64,000 nt of DNA from Octopus sinensis (lineage: Eukaryota): positions 3,844,001 through 3,908,000 of the forward strand of contig NC_043016.1 of the NCBI RefSeq assembly GCF_006345805.1, in the 5' to 3' direction. The position numbers and the translations under genes were made by a program. This document shows positions 1 through 11,929 of this stretch, in pieces. Below the pieces are notes generated by a model. That model was not told where the DNA came from. It saw only the letters and a program-made list of their open reading frames with translations, and did not search any database. Within the stretch, counting starts at the first letter, position 1. Each line of letters starts with the position of its first letter.

Positions 1-156
1 AAAGCATTCTCCATCTAAAATGGAATAAATATGGTGATGATTTTAGCATGCATAACAAAACAAATGTGTCCTTGCTACTCTTGACCTCCGGAGGATGAAC
101 GGTACTAAGGCAGCTGAAATAAAGGTATAATGAATAGAAACCATAAAATAATAATA

Positions 157-197
<41 letters not shown>

Positions 198-409
198 TAA
201 TAATAATAATAATATACCACTGCCGCTGCTGCTGCTAATAGTGATATTGCTGCTACTACTACAACTACTGCTGCTGCTGCTAATGATTATAAATGCGGCC
301 CCTGTATGGAGATTAGTGGTTAAAAAATAAAAATAAAAAATAAATAAATAGAAAATATTTTAAAACATGAAAATTTAATAATAATTTAACTTTACTTAAA
401 AAGAAAAGA

Positions 410-997
410 ATGTTTCAAACAGTACACCGAATCGCTTGTCCAATGGTTATTCAGGAAGCGCGCCTGTCAGAAGGCTGCCAGCCTGATGGCGAAAGATTTT
501 CAAATGGCAGAATATCTTCCCCCAAAACGAAACCACCACAACGACCAGAAAAGTGTAAAAGAACTAAATGGAACCGGGAAGAATATAAAGAAGTAATATA
601 TGCTTATTACTTTGCATTAAGTAGGCCAATCCAAGAGAAACATACCGCAAACTCCTACAGAATTTGGAGGAGCCGGTATACAGCTAGCAGACCAAACCTG
701 GATGAAAACAGATTAGCAAATGTTAGAAGAGATATCTTCAGAAATACCAGACTCACAGATGCAGAATTAACCTCTATTAAAAAAGTGGTAAAGAATGACC
801 TAAATGTAAGTCAGGAAAGAAATAACGAAGCTGAGGAGAGGAATGTTGGACCACAATCATTGACTGAAAGGCGACCATCTGCCGAAACCACTCAAGAGCC
901 TGAAGAAAAAGGAAAATATAATGACCCTAGAAAAAGTAGCCAGGAAAATGATGTCGAACCAGAATTTGAAGACTACATATTTGCTGAACAACACAGA
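410..997 (+). pseudogene. N-terminal fragment of R4/Dong-like non-LTR retrotransposon ORF, interrupted at ~997 by a Penelope-like repeat
   Basis: ORF 410..1021 has KRTKWNREEYKEVIYAYY...YRIWRSRY...ENRLANVRRDI...LTDAEL, resembling the N-terminal helical region of R4/Dong ORFs. It follows an (AAT)n tract; the last codons come from the inserted repeat. Confidence 0.65.
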
Positions 998-1518
998 AAA
1001 TTAGAAATATTGAATTTCTAAATGTCTCAGAGTGGAGTGGTCGTATACTGTCAACTCAATGTGACAGTCCCGTAAGGGAATTACACCACCGCCATTTAGC
1101 CCTAGGAAACATCGACGTCTCCTGTCGGTTTTGACACATTTTCTGTGTCCTTATATTTGTAAAGAAGAGGCAATCACCCCCGCAAGCCGGAACAAGGCAG
1201 CTGAAGACATATGTTTCTGAGTCTATTGCTCGTCGTCAGTTCAGGGTAGCCTGCCTCGCTCGCTGAGATGACTGCAACCCCTTCGCAATTATATCCTATT
1301 TTCAGTAAGATTTATTTACTGATCACCGAAATTAGAAATATTGAATTTCTAAATGTCTCAGAGGTACATAAGCGGTGGTGAAGCGATATAGTGGTCGTAT
1401 ACTGTCAACTCAATGTGACAGTTCCGTAAAGGAATTACACCAACGTCATTTAGCCCTAGGAAACATCGACGTTTCTTGTCGGCTTTGACACATTTTCTGT
1501 ATCCTTATATTTGCAAAG
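998..1518 (-). repeat. Penelope-like pseudo-LTR, partially tandem-duplicated (direct repeats 998-1164 and 1329-1518)
   Basis: AAATTAGAAATATTGAATTTCTAAATGTCTCAGAG...CCTTATATTTGYAAAG occurs twice. It flanks a hammerhead motif and abuts a PLE RT remnant. Confidence 0.75.
1195..1256 (-). ncRNA. Type I minimal hammerhead ribozyme
   Basis: Minus strand: CTGAA-CTGACGA-C GAG CAATAGA CTC A-GAAAC ATAT GTC-TTCAG. Stem I CTGAA/TTCAG is extended by AGGCAG/CTGCCT; palindromic stem III; GUC cleavage triplet. Confidence 0.85.
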
Positions 1519-1860
1519 GCTTCCATGCATGCTTCAAAGCCCTCATCATCATCGATGTTGGGGTTTAAGGAAGAAACATCCTTGGTTACCAAAATACAGC
1601 CTTTTACACTACTTCGGTGTTTAGAAGATTTGTTCAATTTGGAAACAAAATCAGAAGTATCCCGAGTGTTGGAACTTGATCTTTTAGCAGAAAGCCATCC
1701 AACCATTTCGAAATTTTAGGAGTGCAACATTCATACCCACTGCAAATTAAGGGCGCAATGGAGGAAATATTTCGAAATTTTATTGTGTTTTTGGAAGACC
1801 GCACAATATAGGTGTTCTTCTTTCTGAACATCTTCCAAAAAACAGCCAATCTCTCTTTAT
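1519..1860 (-). pseudogene. Penelope-like reverse transcriptase fragment (frameshifted)
   Basis: PLICSGYECCTPKISKWLDGFL and RDTSDFVSKL...ILVTKDVSSLNPNIDDDEG match PLE RT motifs (RPI..., D..DF, LVTxDVxSLYxNI). Confidence 0.8.
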
Positions 1861-2039
1861 TACCAATAATAGTCGTGCTCTTCTTTTAATAATGATGAGG
1901 AGGAGGCGAAGGAGGAGGAGAAGAAGAAGAAGGAAAGAAGAAGAAGAAGAAGAAGAAGAAGAAGATGAAGAAGAAGAAGAAGAAGAAGAAGAAGAAGAAG
2001 AAGAAGAAAAGGGAGAATAACAATAACAACAGCAACCAA

Positions 2040-2420
2040 TGTGGATACAGTTGTATATTTAAGAGATGAGGAATTATGTACATTATTTACATTATTTACA
2101 TTTGACGGATATTTGTCCGCATATTGTTTGTTGTCGACACAACGTTTCGGCTGATATACCCCCCCAACCTTCATCACAGGCATATAGCGTTGTGGTTAAG
2201 AGCGCGGGCTACTAACCCAAAGATTCCGAGTGCGATTCCAGACAGTGGCCTGAATAATGATAATAATAATAATGATGATGATGATAATGGTGATGATAAT
2301 AACAACAACAACACCGAAAAATTACCTAAGGAAATTTCCCCAAGACACCTCCCGAAACGCTGTGTTAACAACAAACAAGATGAGGACAAATATCCATCAA
2401 ATATAAATAATGTAAATAAT
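2040..2420. mobile_element. Inverted pair of a short element with a tRNA-like head (2177-2255) and a disrupted hammerhead motif
   Basis: 2082-2150 is the reverse complement of 2352-2420. Head has A-box-like TAGCGTTGTGGTTAAG and B-box-like GAGTGCGATTCC. Minus copy reads TGATGA AGGTTG..CAGCC GAAACGTT GTGTC. Confidence 0.65.
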
Positions 2421-2424
2421 GAAC

Positions 2425-2570
2425 GAATGTGAAGTCTGAATACAGAAATAATAGGTGCATTAGGTAGAATTAAAAAAACATCATACAGAAAATAGCACTA
2501 CTAGGCTCCGAACACAAAGCTGCGCTTGATAGTGCAGTGAAAGCAAGTGATAAAAATAAAACTACTAAAT
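2425..2570 (+). mobile_element. Deleted 3' end of R4/Dong-like LINE
   Basis: Matches the reverse complement of 13962-14230 (ATAGGTGCATTAGG, CAGAAAATAGCACTACTAGG, ATAAAAATAAAACTACT). Confidence 0.6.
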
Positions 2571-2580
2571 GGTAACAATA

Positions 2581-2943
2581 TGTGCATCTCTCACTACGAG
2601 CTGAAGTAGTGGGGGAGCATCATAGCCATGTGTTGAGAGGGATTCTTTGGGGTTTGAATAATTCACCTCTGGAAACATGGGTGGTTCTTTCAACATCCTT
2701 AAACAACCCTTATTCAGGGACCTTTTGAGCGGGATGGGCTACTCAACCTGAACAAAATTCTACTGGGCCCCACCTACAAGTCATGTGCTGTTTATCTTGA
2801 TATGAGATCACCATGTCGCGCACATATGGTTGTGATGCATGTGCCTGGTGTACCCTTATCAGACGGGTAGTCATGATGGTATATTGGGCTTCGTTATTTT
2901 TTACCCCAGTGTCACTTTGATGGCATGCACTGCTCCCTCATTC
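2581..2943 (-). mobile_element. Partial copy of the ~520-bp AAT-associated interspersed element
   Basis: Near-identical to 30559-30922 and to the reverse complement of 17173-17540. Confidence 0.85.
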
Positions 2944-4129
2944 AATAATAATAATAATATTAATAATAATGATGATGATGATGAGGAGGATGAGGATGAT
3001 GATGATGATGAGGATGAAGATGGTGATGATGATGATGGTAATTGTTTCTAATATACATACCAGGTCAGTAATTTTAAGGAAACGGTGGTAGTCGATAAAC
3101 CAGTTTATTCCTTTCGGCCCTATCTGGTCACCATCCTCTTAAGTCGTTGAGAGCATATTTCATAACACCCTCCACAATAAGTACTTATATATCCCTATAT
3201 ATCTTCATCTCTTAAATATACAACTGAATAATAATAATGATAATAACAACAACAACAACAACAATAATAATAATAAAAATAATAATAATAATATTAATAA
3301 AAATAATAATAATGATAATAATAATAATAATAATAATAATGATAATATCTTCTCGTAAAATAATAATATCCCGATCGGTAAAAGTTATATCTGCACAGAC
3401 TGGTTTCTTTTATTGTGGCACGAAGTTGACAACTCATTCTCAAATATCACAGAATCAGCTAACGAGAAGAGGTGTCATATAATATGGAGTTGAACTTTCA
3501 TCCCATCGACTGCATTAAGAATTACACATAGTATACCATAGGATATTTAACTTAAAATCTCTTCTAGGTCTCTCTCTCTCCACTGGTACGTTACTTTTCT
3601 CTTTTCGCATGCCTCCGCGATGGTTTTGAATCCGATGGTACCAATCAAAAGGCTGTCAAGTTTTTCTTTAAGTAAACTGTTCCATACCAACTGTTTCCTC
3701 CACCCTTTTTGAAAGAACGTTTGCAATGGATAGCATTCCTCTCTTCACATTTGTCGTAACGGACGCATGTATACTTTTGTTGTTTCCTTTTGTTCGTGGG
3801 TACTATTAATATTCTGCGTTTCAATTTAAATAATAAAGTTTCGTTTGGTTTACTGCATGAAAAATGTATTATTTTGTACATTTTCACTTTTCTTTTAATG
3901 GGCGTGGCGTGAAATATTTCTAGCCGTTTTTTATATGTCGGTGAAGCAAAGAGAAAAAAATTAAACATTTTTCCAAAAATGAAAACAAACTTAATATATA
4001 TATTTTTTTCTTTTACAATCCACGTTGGCGGAGACCTCAACTTTTAGGAAGCTATCTATAAACGAGTACTGGCAAAATGTCTATTTTGGAGAACAAGCTA
4101 TGAAACAATTTTTTACTCCATCTGCACGA

Positions 4130-4184
<55 letters not shown>

Positions 4185-4309
4185 TAATAATAATACAGAA
4201 TGAGGAGGGGAAGAGGAAGAGAAGGAGACGGAGGAGGTGGTGGAGAGAAGAAGAAGAAGAAAAAGATGATGACGACGACGACGACGATGATGATGATGAT
4301 GGTGATGAT

Positions 4310-5700
4310 TAAAAAGAACTGTGTAAAAGAATATTAAAGGAGTGTTGAGAAACGACATCGATGTTTTGAAAAGTAAAAGAAAATCCAATGAAATTATCAG
4401 GCGAAAATGTAGTGAGATATGAGAAAGAACAACAGAAACAATATTAGAATGGTATAATGATGTTCAGAGAGGAATGGATTTTAAACAAAGAATGGCTGTG
4501 AAATCAGCTAAAATAAAACCCTACAAACAACAAAACAGTATAAACAAAACTACGTATTAAATATAGAAGAAAAAATAATTCCAGCCGATAAATGAATTAT
4601 AAAAGAAATAAAGAAGTGATTCATAATGTAAAAGAGGTTTGAGAATGATATTTCAGAGACCTAAAAAAGCACAATGAGAAAATTGAGTAGGAAAAAAGAT
4701 ATACAAATTAACAAGTGATAATGTCGTAGAATTCTCAACAGAAAAATACTGGACTAACGTTTCGAGATCGATGATTTAAAGTCAATGAATTCGTTGAACT
4801 CCTTGCGCGAAAATATTGCCTTGTAACGAAATAAGAACCCTTATCTCTACGGATGACACATGGGGAAACCATTTTCTGCTTTAATTAGTAAAAGAAAATG
4901 CCATCGATAATTTACTTTCGAAATTGTATGCTCCACTTATATAGAAATTACTGATCAGATGGTTGCACTACATATATACCCCTTCTCTTTCTCTTGAAAC
5001 ACCAAATTCTAAACAAAATAGACTGGAAAATAGTAGGGTGCCATCCTTACTCTCCCTATTGTGCGTGGTTCTAATAACGTTGATTTTGTGAAAGAGAAGA
5101 TTTCGGATATGAATGTGGAGGGGAGATTAATTTAAAATCAATCATCTTAAATTTTGTACAACCTGTAATTGTTCGGGCAGAACTTTACTTAAAGTTGTTT
5201 CATTATATAGTATATACGAAAGATATATGAACTGAATCCGGCAAACTTGTAGTTAAAAGTATGAAGGTAATGTCAGCGCTCGAAAAGAGTTATCTGATAG
5301 TGGTACGCTAATGCCGTTGAATTAGATGAAGAGGTTATATTGATATGTCGAAATTCAGAGGTCAAGAGAAAAATAAAACAGGTATTGTTATTGTCAACAA
5401 GGAAAGATACTTCACACAGCATCATTTGGTTGACAACAGAGTGTTTTATGAAAGAAAAATACTAAGTCTGAAGAGAGATGATGCAACATTGTGGATTATG
5501 AAAACAATAGAAATTTTACAAGCGATTTTGAGATCTCAAGGTACAGTCGTGCAGAAAGTAAGATCATGGCTGGAGTAGCCTGGCATTAAAATTCTTACAT
5601 AATTATTAGCATTACAAGAAACAACAACAAGTTCAGATGGCCCTAAAATTGAGCACCATCATCATTGGTTAAGACTCGAACATTACGCTACAAAATCCAT
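4310..5700 (+). pseudogene. Highly decayed R4/Dong-like LINE
   Basis: Scattered residual RT-like motifs (e.g. ATCAATCATCTT = INHL near 5140); no intact frame. Confidence 0.35.
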
Positions 5701-5734
5701 ACTAAATCTGTCTGAAATATGGGCAGTAAGGATC

Positions 5735-5940
5735 ATTTCTACAATGGGCACAAGGCCTGAAATTTGTTAGGTAGGGGCTAGCTGATTACATCGACCCCAG
5801 TACTCAACAGGCACTTATTTTATAGACTCTAAACCATTAAAGAAAAAGTCGACCGTGACAGAATTTGAATCCAGAACGTAGAGACGGCGAAATATTGCTA
5901 AATATTTTTTTCTGCCATACTAAATTTCTGCTAGCAAGCC
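5735..5940 (-). mobile_element. tRNA-derived SINE family A (diverged copy)
   Basis: GGCACAAGGCCTGAAATT...TCGACCCCAG...GTCGACC...GAATTTGAA pattern shared with 33040-33250. Confidence 0.75.
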
Positions 5941-5969
5941 TAAATAATAATAACATGTATTTTCTCGAA

Positions 5970-6660
5970 TGTTATCGAGATGGTGTTTGGACTCTCAGAA
6001 TATGATACGAGGGTGGTGGGTCGAGAGAAGCTTGTCAGGACAAAAGGCATATTTATGCTGATGATGAAGGCAATTAAAGGAAGGCAATTGAATTGATGAA
6101 GGCAAATGATGAAGGTAATATAATCCACATACAAATACCTGGGAATACTTGAGACAAGTGGAATTAAACACAATGATATGAAAGGAAAAACAAAGAAAGA
6201 GTACTTGCGGGGAATGAGAAAAATATTGAGTTCAAAGCTGAATGCCTTAAACATAATTTCGGCAATAGACACGCGTGCAGTCAGAGTAGTTCGGTATGGC
6301 GCTGGAATTCTGAAGTGGACAGAGAAGGAGCTAAAGGAGATGGACAGGAAGTCAAGAAAGCTCCTAACGATGCATTGCATCCCATCATCCACGTGCAGAC
6401 ACTGATCGCCTATACATGAAGAGAGCAAATGGACTGATTAGTGTGGAAGACTGCGTGCCCCAAGTATGGAAACCTTGCTAGTGACAGTTAGGAACGAGTG
6501 GGTATTGAAAGCAGTGAAAAAGGGAAAAACAAAGGAAGAAGAGCAAAATGGACATGGAGAAGAATTACGCAAGAAGGGACTACACAATTAATTGCATGTA
6601 GCCACAACAGTTGTTGGAAAAGTAGGTGGGATTGGCTGATGAAAGGAACCCTAAAAAAGT
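5970..6660 (+). pseudogene. R4/Dong-like LINE fragment (post-RT region)
   Basis: YKYLGI..., KKEYLRGMRKILSSKLNALNIISAIDTRAVRVVRYGAGILKWTEKELKEMDRKSRKLLTMH and WDWLMKGTLKK are typical of R4/Dong ORFs. Confidence 0.8.
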
Positions 6661-6979
6661 CTGTGAAAAATTTACCTTCCTTTTCTTTCCTTTCCTTTTT
6701 CCCTGAGTATTCGAAAATGTAAACATCCTTTTTATTGCAGAAACACTACAGTCTTCACTGAACGGACATACAAACGAACATCTCAAAAACTTTAGAAATA
6801 TCTCCGATTTTGTATGAACATCTTATCTTTCCTTTTTCCCTGACTACCCGAATATGTAAACATGTATTTTTTGTAGCATCACAATTGAATGCACGAACAG
6901 TTAAGGAGGCAAGCACCTTCTTATATATATACATACTGTACAACTACAAAAACTGTAAACCACAGCAAAACTTTTCAAA

Positions 6980-8200
6980 AGGAAAGAAAAATTCCAAAAG
7001 AAAAAAAAATTCAGAAAGATTAATTTTGAATACAAAAATCAAAAGTATCCCGAGTACAGGAACTTGATCCTTTTGCAACAAGAAGTAAAAAGCATCGAAT
7101 CACTCCAAAATTTTTACTGTGCGGCATTCATATCCAATGCAATTTGAGCACAAAGGATGTTTTATTTTTATATATTCTGAGCACCAAATCCTAGATTCAA
7201 TAGCATTTATGAAATTGTTTTCCTCCATTTCCAAAATTATGCAAAATTCCTCTTTGTAATTGGGGTCTGGATCGACAGGTAATTCTTCATATCAAGTTTT
7301 GTTACAACTTCTTCACAAGCCGAAATAATCTCGCTCTTGTCCATAATTGCAATAGCGCCTCCCCTATCCGCCATCAATAGAATCATTGACGACTGAGTGC
7401 GTTGCGTTGGTTGTTTGTGGGGTTATCCCACGTCTTCCTTTCTATCTGTTTTAAGGCTTGTTCTAATGCCTGTCTGAATGTCCGTCTTGAATTTCATTCG
7501 GATACCAATTTGCATTCTTTTAAACCTAATTATGCCAGATTCGCTCATCTTTATTTGAAATAACTACCGAGCTAATTTATCTCTGTCGAAATACTTAGTG
7601 CTTGGGCAGAAGCACAGTCCAAACTCTAAGACAGCTATATCGTGTGGAGAAAGCTTTAACTTAGATAAATTCATAACCGACTTATTCTCTACTGTGATAT
7701 ATTTTCCTGGGCAGGTGTTTTGCACAGTATTACTTTCATTTGATTTCTGGCTAATATATATATTTTTTGAGGGGGAATTATTCATTTAAAGCATGGAACC
7801 TAGTAGGTGACAAATATTCTTGTGAATATTTATATTTAAAAAAATCATAGCTTTTAATCGTCTTTCTAGGACAGGAAATGAAAAAGTTAATTGTTCTTAA
7901 GGCAAAATTTAAAATGGGCTCGCATTTCTGATTGATCAAAATGACAACTTTTCTGGCGAGTTTCCAACGACGAATTCAAATGCGTATACAAGAGCAAAAA
8001 ACTACAATCGTATTGACCGATCTGAGGATTGATTATTTGAACTTGTTGAACTGTAAGAGTCATATTTTTGGTGAGTAGAGTGTTGTTATCCGTGCAGTTA
8101 GTACTTGTGTTAGTGATAAATTTAAACTGTCCTAAACATAGATATCTCTGAAAAAAATTGTTTTTTGTGTGGTGACTAAACAAAGTGCGGTAAAGACAGT
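6980..8200 (-). pseudogene. Penelope-like element fragment (N-terminal region and start of RT)
   Basis: VMNLSKLKLSPHDIAVLEFGLCFCPS (PLE VxNLS..LS..L..GL.F.P) and ADRGGAIAIMDK near 7340-7372. 7040-7150 is homologous to 1650-1760. Confidence 0.75.
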
Positions 8201-8379
8201 AACTGAGAAATTCAGTGTGAGACAAAATGATAGGGTGTATAGGAATTTAGGAAAAATTCTCTGTTATTATGTTCAAGCCGTGTCAAGAAGTCGGTCACAT
8301 AACATTTGTCCTGACTTCTCAACATATTTCAGATCATTGGCTCTGCGAAATGGGAAACCATAAATCAGTAGTATAATTT

Positions 8380-8655
8380 GCTTCAGGTTGAGTATTTTTC
8401 TTCAGGTCCTTCAATAAGGATTGTTTAAGGATGTTGACCGAAACACCCTTGTTTCCAGGGGGTAATTATTCAAACCTTAAAGAATTTCTCTCAACACATG
8501 GCTATGATGCCCTCCTCCCCCACTATGATTGTTCGTGATCACAGATGCACAAATCGGCAGCCATTTACGAACATGCTCAACTGGTTATGGTCAAGTAAAG
8601 GACAAGCAAATCTGTTATATTGAGCAAAATATTGGGTGCAGCACATCTTTTATAC
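8380..8655 (+). mobile_element. ~520-bp AAT-associated element, left part (split by RTE insertion)
   Basis: Aligns to 17365-17641; the element resumes at 10782. Confidence 0.8.
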
Positions 8656-10781
8656 ATATACATATACGCAGGCCTATTCCTCACTTTTTCAAGAGTGGGT
8701 TTCCACAACAAAACACACACCAGGCATTCCATTCATTTCCCAGCTCAAAGAGGTGAGCCCCGTTCTATGCTCATGTCACTGCATAGAACGCAATCCCCAA
8801 TATAAGCAGCGGGGCCCGACAGCCGTATCATCTGTTCACAAACACTCTCCATACTTTCTTATTTATAAACTTGCTTATCTCACACCAACAACTCTAACTA
8901 CCAAAGCTTTCCTTACTCCATCCATCCATCCATCCATCCACAATAACCGAGGTCTGCTTCTGGTTTTGCTACTTACCACTTCTGCCTTCATCACCCTAAT
9001 TACTAACCGCTCCTCGTCCATCCTCTCCTTATTGCCAAACCACCTCAGCATTCGTCTATCCATTTTGGTTGTTTTTCTCTCATTCCTGCTCTCTTCCACT
9101 CCCTCATTCCTCATCCTGTCCATCCGTGCAACACCAACGTTAGCTCTCAGACATCTCATCTCAAACACATCTAGTCGCCTCTTTTCCGTCTCTCTCAGCA
9201 CCTATGTCTCTGCACCATATAACATTGTCGACACAATCACGCCCTCATACACACCTCTTTTCGCTTTCTTCAACCTTATCTCTCTCTGCAAACATTTCAT
9301 AACTCCAAGCATCTCACTCCCCTCCCTCACTTTGTATCCCACTTCCTCAGCCAACTCTCCATCCCCAGTTACATGGGATCCCAGATACTTAAAGACACTT
9401 ACTTCTTCTAACATCTCATCATTTATACTCACATCCATCCCACCAGCCATTCCATCTCTCAAACATTTCATCACCTTAGCTACATTCCCTTTAAGTTTCC
9501 TCCCCCCACACACTCTTCCAAACTCTGTCACCAGTTTCCTCAGTTGCTCTTCCGAATCCGCCACCAGTGCTGTATCATCAGCAAACAACTGACTCACCTG
9601 CCATTTCTCTCCATTTAGGCTCCCCTACCAAAGGTTCTAGCATGTACCATTTAGGCTCCCCTACCAATGGTTCTAGCATTTACCTCTCTCACTACACCAT
9701 CCATATATAAACTAAACAGCCACGGAGACATCACAACCCTGTCTTAACCCTCACCTTCACATCAAACCACTCATTTCACCGCTCACCGTAACGCACACCC
9801 TACGTTCTCTATAAAACTCTGAACAGCTCTCAACAATCTATCATCTACTCCATACCCTAACAGCAACACCTGCAACAGGGCATGCCTATCCATACACCTT
9901 TTCTAGGTCCACAATGGCCCAATACACCGCCCTCTCTTTTGCAAAAAAATTCTCACACATCTGCTTTACAAAAAATATTTGATCTGCACACCCCCTTCCA
10001 CTCCTAAAACCACTGCTCCTCTCCTAGTACACTCACTGTCTGGTTCCCCACTCTTACAATCAAAATTCTCCCATACAGTTTACCAACCACACATAATAGA
10101 TTTATACTCCTAAAATTTCCACATTCACATTTGTCCCTTTTCTCCTTGCACAGTGGCACTATACAGGCAGTGCACCAGTCCTTTGGTACTCTTCTAGCCA
10201 TACAATAGACCTTCATAAGCCTCAGTAACCATTCAATCACTGTCATTCTTCCTTTCTTTAGGTATTGCACTGTACACCCATCTATACCTTGTGCTTTACG
10301 GTTTGCCATCTTCCGCAAGGATTCCCTCATCTCCTCCCTTCCGCTTGCACCGTAATTCCATTCCCCAACAACAAGCATTCTCCTCTCCCCTCTTACAGCC
10401 ACTATACTAGCCTCCCTAATATTCTCAACATTTAACAGCTCACTAAAATACTCTGCTCATCTCCTTTGTATATCCTCACTTCTTTCGCCAAATTTCCATT
10501 TACATCCTTCACACTTTCTTCCCTTCCCCCGACCACCTTTCTTACCTTCTGTACCTCTTTCCAAAACATCTTTTTATTTCTTACAAAATTTTTACTCAAA
10601 TTTTTCCCAAACCTTTCACTCGCTTCCCATTTCGCCACCCTCACTACTCTCTTTACTCTTTGCTTCACTTCTTCGTAGCGATCTCCATCCCTTTTCTGCA
10701 ACAACTCTTCAAAGTTTTCTTCTCCACATCCCTTATCTGCTCATTCGACCACTCACTGCCTTTCCTCACAGTCATTCCAAC
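8656..10781 (-). mobile_element. 5'-truncated RTE-clade LINE with 14-bp TSD
   Basis: Frameshifted RT: RKAQGIDG, NFRSINLLCVVGKLYGRIL, SQLFADDTALVADSEEQL, FKYLGSH, MLYGAET, LDVFEMRCLR, LRWFG. TSD CACATCTTTTATAC at 8642-8655 and 10782-10795; short tandem tail at 8656. Confidence 0.9.
9611..9682. repeat. 36-bp tandem duplication within the RTE copy
   Basis: CCATTTAGGCTCCCCTACCAAWGGTTCTAGCATKTA twice. Confidence 0.9.
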
Positions 10782-10880
10782 CACATCTTTTATACCAAGA
10801 CAAGAATTGTACATGATAACACTTCCAATCAGTTAAAATCGGAAGCCATGAGAGTTAGTGCCTGGGATTACATCAGGGTA
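10782..10880 (+). mobile_element. ~520-bp AAT-associated element, right part
   Basis: Aligns to 11328-11425. Confidence 0.8.
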
Positions 10881-10896
10881 TTATCATTATTATTAT

Positions 10897-11425
10897 TGAG
10901 TGAGAGAGCAGTGTATGCCATCACAGTGACACTGGGGTAAAATATACGAAGCCCAATATACCCATCATGACTACCCATCTGATAAGGGTACACCAAGCAC
11001 ATGCATCACAAACATATCAGGATAAACAGCACATGACCTTGCAGGTGGGGCCCAGTTAGAATTTTCTTCTGGTCGAGTAACCCATCCCGCTCAAAAGGTC
11101 CCCGAATAAGGGATGTTTAGGATTTTGAACGAAACACCCATGTTCCAGAGGAGAATTATTCAAACCCAAAAGAATCCCTCTCAACAAACGGCCATGATGC
11201 TCCCCTACTACTTCAGCTCGTAGTGAGAGATCTACATATTGTCAGCCATTAAGTGACATACTCAACTGGTTACGGTCAAACAACTGACAAACAAATCTGT
11301 GGTATTGAGCAGAATATTTGCTGTAGCCCATCTTTTATACCAAGACAAAACAATGTACAGGATAACACTTCCAATCAGTTAAGATCAGAAGCTAGGAGAG
11401 CCACTGCCTGGTACTGCATCAGGGC
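10897..11425 (+). mobile_element. ~520-bp AAT-associated interspersed element (near full length)
   Basis: TGAGTGAGAGAGCAGT...CTGCATCAGGGCA, near-identical to 17173-17745, preceded by (ATT)n. Confidence 0.9.
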
Positions 11426-11432
11426 ATATACT

Positions 11433-11842
11433 CTTTATTCTTTTACTTGTTTAAGTCATTTGACTGCGGCCATGCTGGAGCACCGCCTTTAATCGAGCAA
11501 ATCGACCCCGGGACTTATTCTTTCTTTGTAAGCCCAGTACTTATTCTATTGGTCTCTTATGCCGAACCGGTAAGTGACGGGGACGTAAACACACCAGCAT
11601 CGGTTGTCAAGCAATGCTAGGGAGACAAACACAGACACACAAACATACACACACACACACGTATATATATACATATATACGAAAGGCTTCTTTTCAGTTT
11701 CCGTCTACCAAATCCACTCACAAGGCATTGGTCGGCCCGAGGCTACAGCAGAAGACACTTGCCCAAGATGCCACGCAGTAGGACTGAACCCGGAACCATG
11801 TGGTTCGTAAGCAAGCTACTTACCACACAGCCACTCCTGCGC
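11433..11842 (-). mobile_element. tRNA-derived CORE-like SINE family B (full length)
   Basis: Reverse complement of 30957-31325: head GGCTGTGTGGTAAG...GGTTCAGTCC, CORE-like GGCATCTTGGGCAAGTGTCTT, internal (TG)n. Confidence 0.85.
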
Positions 11843-11887
<45 letters not shown>

Positions 11888-11929
11888 TATTATTATTATT
11901 ATATTATTTTATTATTATATTATATTATT

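Noticed and set aside
2177-2255. Possible tRNA gene (also at 43300 and 51195)
   Set aside because: A/B boxes are present but no convincing acceptor stem or cloverleaf; these are SINE heads.
3500-4120. Complex block containing GGGCGTGGC, possibly a DNA-transposon interior
   Set aside because: No termini, TSD or second copy found in the window.
8636-9592. 318-aa plus-strand ORF, the longest in the window
   Set aside because: Antisense shadow of the RTE RT region; S/L/T-rich with no domain motifs.
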